Origin: Candidatus Latescibacterota bacterium
GTDB lineage: Bacteria; Latescibacterota; UBA2968; GCA-2709665
Assembly (NCBI GenBank): GCA_965226795.1
Contig: CBDDDZ010000005.1
Coordinates: forward strand, 2,445,257 to 2,509,256
Direction of reading: 5' to 3'
Length of the DNA stretch: 64,000 nt
Positions within the stretch are counted from its first letter, which is position 1. Every line of letters starts with the position of its first letter. Of the stretch, positions 61,024 through 64,000 are shown one piece after another. Made by a program: the position numbers and the translations under genes. The notes under the pieces were generated by a model. The model ran no database searches and was not told where the DNA came from. It worked only from the letters and a program-made list of their open reading frames with translations.

Positions 61024-62390
61024 ACGTTGTCTTTATCGTGCTCGATAGTTTCCGGCAGGATCACGTGAGCCTGTACAACCGTGGGGCCGCGCCCTTTGCC
61101 GGCATCGACGCGTGCCAGACGCCCAATATCGACGCATTCGCCGAGGAGGCTGTCGTATTCGACAATGCCTACCCCGAAGCCCTGCCGACCATTCCCATTC
61201 GCTGCCAGCTGATGACCGGCCAGCGCACGCTTCACAGCCGCGGCTGGCAACCCCTCACCCGGGAAGACGTACACGTCGCCCAGATACTCTCCGAAGAGGA
61301 TTACGTCTGCGGCCTCGTTTCGGATACGTACCACTATCGCGCTCCCGGGATGAACTACCACCGGGACTTCGCTTCGTACGACTGGATCCGCGGCCAGGAA
61401 TACGATCCCTGGATCTCGGCGCCGACCAGACGCAATATCGAGGACTACGTCAACAGGAACTATCCCGATACCTGGCGCCGGCGCATCTCTCAATTCCTGG
61501 CCAACACAGATGGCTTCGACTCGGCCGAAGACGGATTTGCGTGGAAAGTGGTCGACAGCGCCACTGACTGGCTGGAATCGAACCGCGCGCATGAAAACGT
61601 CATGCTCTGGGTGGATTCGTTCGATCCTCACGAACCCTGGGATCCCATTCCGGATTTCGACGCCTACACCGATCCCGGTTACCGCGGCCCCCGCCTCATT
61701 ATGCCGGTGGGAGGGCCGTCGGAAGATTGGGCCTCGCCCGACGAGATCTCCCATATCCAGGGTCTCTACGCAGGAGAATGCGCCTTTGTGGACCACTGTC
61801 TCGGGCGGCTCTTCGAAGCCCTGAGAAACCTGGGATATTACGACGACAGCGTTATTTTTTTGCTGGCCGACCACGGACATCCACTGAACGACCACGGGAA
61901 ATTCCTCAAGGGCGCGGACCGGATGTACAACGAACTGCTCAAGGTTCCGTTCATCGTCCGACTGCCGGGAGGGAAACACGGTGGTCGGCGGACTTCCGCG
62001 ATCGTACAGTTTCAGGACGTGCTGCCCACCCTCCTCGATGCACTCGACCTGCGCGGCAACACCGACGCAATGGCGGGTCGCAGCTTTATGCCCGTGCTCA
62101 CCGGAGATGCGGATGAACACCGGCGGCAGATCATCACCGGTTACCACAGCGGAATCGACCGCTGCACCCGAGACAACACCTGGAGTTATATCCAGCGCCC
62201 GCCGGGGGAGCCCGATGAGCTGTACCATCTTCCGGACGATCCCGGGGAACGAGTCAACCTCGTCGACGATCACCCCGACGAGGCCCTGCGCCTGACCGCC
62301 GCGTTCGGCAGGGTATTCAAGCGCCGATCCTCGAATACGGTCAAAGGGGTCCAGGGGGAATATGAAATGGCCTCATCGAGCATCGAGTAA
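61020..62390 (+). CDS. Sulfatase-like hydrolase/transferase with Thr at the formylglycine position
   Basis: MNVVFIVLDSFRQDH metal-binding start; CxPxR position reads T-I-P-I-R followed by CQLMTGQ; ATGA start overlap with the upstream dehydratase; no signal peptide. Confidence 0.85.
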   Translation: MNVVFIVLDSFRQDHVSLYNRGAAPFAGIDACQTPNIDAFAEEAVVFDNAYPEALPTIPIRCQLMTGQRTLHSRGWQPLTREDVHVAQILSEEDYVCGLVSDTYHYRAPGMNYHRDFASYDWIRGQEYDPWISAPTRRNIEDYVNRNYPDTWRRRISQFLANTDGFDSAEDGFAWKVVDSATDWLESNRAHENVMLWVDSFDPHEPWDPIPDFDAYTDPGYRGPRLIMPVGGPSEDWASPDEISHIQGLYAGECAFVDHCLGRLFEALRNLGYYDDSVIFLLADHGHPLNDHGKFLKGADRMYNELLKVPFIVRLPGGKHGGRRTSAIVQFQDVLPTLLDALDLRGNTDAMAGRSFMPVLTGDADEHRRQIITGYHSGIDRCTRDNTWSYIQRPPGEPDELYHLPDDPGERVNLVDDHPDEALRLTAAFGRVFKRRSSNTVKGVQGEYEMASSSIE

Positions 62391-62481
62391 CCCAACGCAC
62401 CCCTGGCGCCCGCAAGCGCGGCGGCGGCCTTTCCCGCACTCGATCCATCGCTGCTATGTTCACACTAAAGAAGGAGACCCT

Positions 62482-63222
62482 GTGGAAAATCCCGTGAAAG
62501 CGAAACTCTCGAAGGGCGAACTGTCCCTTGGAGGCTGGTTGAACCTCGGTTCCCCGCTGGCCGCCGAACTCATGGCCGCCGCCGGCTACGAGTGGCTGGC
62601 CGTAGACGCGGAACACTCGCCGTTTGACATCCCCCTGATCGCGGACACGTTCCGGGCGATCGAGGCCCGAGGCGCCGTACCCTTCGTCCGCGCGTGGGAC
62701 CACGATCCAGTCTCGCTTGCCCGCATCCTGGACGCCGGCGCGTACGGCATCATCGTGCCGCACGTGAGCACGCCGCGACAGGCCGAAGCACTGGTACAGG
62801 CCATGCGCTATCCTCCTAAGGGCGCCCGCTCCGCCGGTACTGGTCGGGTCGCCGTCTACGGCGACGAATATCGCCAGGGCGCCAACGATGCGGTGATGGT
62901 CGTGCCTCAGATCGAAGACATGGAAGGGATCAACAACACGGAAGCCATCATGTCCGTCGAGGGAATCGACGTCGGATTCCTCGGACCCGGCGACCTGGCC
63001 CTCTCAATGGGTGTGAACCGGGGCCACCCCGACCACGAAAATGCCATACAGACATTCGTATCCGGCTGCAGGAACGCGGGTAAACCCTACGGGATGCCCG
63101 AACGAGGTCCGGACATTGTCAGGAAACGCATCCGGGAGGGATTTACGTTCTTAGACATCGCCAGCGACCTGCGCACCCTCGAAGCCGGAGTGCAGAAGGC
63201 ACTGGCCGACATCAGAACCTGA
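62482..63222 (+). CDS. HpcH/HpaI family 2-keto-3-deoxy-acid aldolase (GTG start)
   Basis: AAGGAGA RBS 5 nt upstream of GTG; ENPVKAKLSKGELSLGGWLNLGSPLAAELMAAAGYEWLAVDAEHSP aligns with HpcH-family N-termini; 246 aa. Confidence 0.85.
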   Translation: MENPVKAKLSKGELSLGGWLNLGSPLAAELMAAAGYEWLAVDAEHSPFDIPLIADTFRAIEARGAVPFVRAWDHDPVSLARILDAGAYGIIVPHVSTPRQAEALVQAMRYPPKGARSAGTGRVAVYGDEYRQGANDAVMVVPQIEDMEGINNTEAIMSVEGIDVGFLGPGDLALSMGVNRGHPDHENAIQTFVSGCRNAGKPYGMPERGPDIVRKRIREGFTFLDIASDLRTLEAGVQKALADIRT

Positions 63223-63274
63223 AAGAAACCGGCTAGGGGCTCCCTCCCGCCTCGTGTCGCGCATTAAACATGAA

Positions 63275-63305
63275 GCCCGGCAAACCGGCCGGGCCTTTCT
63301 TTTTC
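63275..63305 (+). terminator. Rho-independent terminator after the aldolase gene
   Basis: CCCGGC-aaaccg-GCCGGG hairpin followed by cctttctttttc. Confidence 0.6.
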
Positions 63306-63337
63306 AGTACCTGAATGAAGTAATGTTAAATACTATA

Positions 63338-63366
63338 TTGATAAAATAGATATTATTTTTTATATT
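63338..63366 (+). promoter_or_regulatory. Sigma70-like promoter TTGATA-17-TATATT in an AT-rich tract
   Basis: -35 at 63338-63343, -10 at 63361-63366; 100-bp region of <25% GC in a 62% GC genome, ~40 nt upstream of the DUF2089 gene. Confidence 0.45.
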
Positions 63367-63406
63367 ATCTATAACTTATTAAATAATCATAAATGTGGAA
63401 TACACA

Positions 63407-63691
63407 ATGTCAAATAGATCCCTTCCCATTCGGTGCCCCAGTTGTGCCCATGAATTGCACGTTGTCCGGCTCGGTTGCGACCATTGCGGTACGGTCGTGC
63501 AGGGCTGTTTTGCTCTCCCGATCCTGACGCGCCTGTGTCCCGGAGACCGTTCGCTAATACTGAACCTGGTTAAATCCAGCGGGAACCTCAAAGATCTCGC
63601 CAGGCTTTATGGCGTCTCCTATCCGACCGTTCGCAACCGTCTCGACGCACTGATCGAAAAGATCGGTGAGATAGAAGCAGGCGCAGGATAG
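63407..63691 (+). CDS. DUF2089-family protein (zinc ribbon plus HTH)
   Basis: CPSCAHELHVVRLGCDHCGT Cys4 ribbon followed by helix-turn-helix-like LARLYGVSYPTVRNRLDALIEKI. Confidence 0.75.
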   Translation: MSNRSLPIRCPSCAHELHVVRLGCDHCGTVVQGCFALPILTRLCPGDRSLILNLVKSSGNLKDLARLYGVSYPTVRNRLDALIEKIGEIEAGAG

Positions 63692-63751
63692 GCCCCGATT
63701 CGCCGTCAACGGCCCGCGGGGTACCTATTGAATGTCTCCAGGGAGGTCAAA

Positions 63752-64000
63752 ATGGAAATGTCGGAAAGCGCACCCTCGAACGAATTGAAGACGTGGCTCT
63801 TCAACCCGTTTCATTACATCGCCGGGGGCAGGGCCCTCGGCATCGGGCTAATCGTCATGCTCATCGCCAGCCTCGCTGGCGCAGCCACGAAATTCCACTT
63901 CGACGGTGTCATCGACCTTCATTCGGGTACGCAAGCGCCGAAATGGGTGTTTGTTTCAGAGAACCTGATCAACTGGCTTGTCATGGGGGTTCTGCTTTCC
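63752..64000 (+). CDS. Hypothetical membrane protein, partial (runs off window end)
   Basis: ATG at 63752 preceded by gggaggt RBS; hydrophobic segments (GIGLIVMLIASLAGAA, LINWLVMGVLLS); typical partner position after DUF2089. Confidence 0.5.
   Translation, partial: MEMSESAPSNELKTWLFNPFHYIAGGRALGIGLIVMLIASLAGAATKFHFDGVIDLHSGTQAPKWVFVSENLINWLVMGVLLS

Noticed and set aside
59596-62273. Large minus-strand ORFs 59596..60963 (455 aa) and 60960..62273 (437 aa)
   Set aside because: Antisense to the enolase-superfamily dehydratase and the sulfatase-like gene, both of which carry clear family signatures.

Overview
High-GC (~62%) bacterial chromosomal window with about 60 genes. Several ORF-track start coordinates were refined to internal ATG/GTG codons using residue offsets. 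Housekeeping genes include mtaB, rpsA, plsC-like, cmk, scpB/scpA, gcvH, accC/accB, efp, bioB, mnmG, smpB, an AmiC-like amidase, rdgB, a TPR-Slt lytic transglycosylase, galU, mazG and korA/korB. There is a complete selenocysteine-incorporation cluster on the minus strand (selA, selB and a tRNA-Sec with anticodon UCA recognised directly in the DNA); no selenoprotein gene was detected in this window. Two accessory-looking loci stand out. The first (27.5-36.8 kb) is a co-directional, tightly spaced, apparently cytoplasmic operon: NTP-transferase/LbH, heparinase II/III-like, large beta-propeller, second heparinase II/III-like, DapA/NanA-family lyase and an internally duplicated protein of unknown function. 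It is followed by a 1.07-kb low-GC non-coding island carrying degenerate TAATCAC-containing tandem repeats, which sits in front of a frameshifted secreted WD40-dockerin gene. The second (59.9-63.2 kb) is an enolase-superfamily dehydratase, a Thr-variant sulfatase-like protein and an HpcH aldolase. Other notable items are a korAB operon preceded by a CBS-pair protein with a CBS pair also fused to KorB, two sulfatase-like proteins with Thr at the formylglycine position, two frameshifted genes (aldo/keto reductase and WD40), a DnaI/DnaC-like AAA+ protein with a zinc ribbon, and a standalone HNH endonuclease. A GWxTD-domain protein and the dockerin suggest, by inference only, an FCB-group or Gemmatimonadota-like lineage. 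No rRNA, CRISPR array or transposase was recognised.
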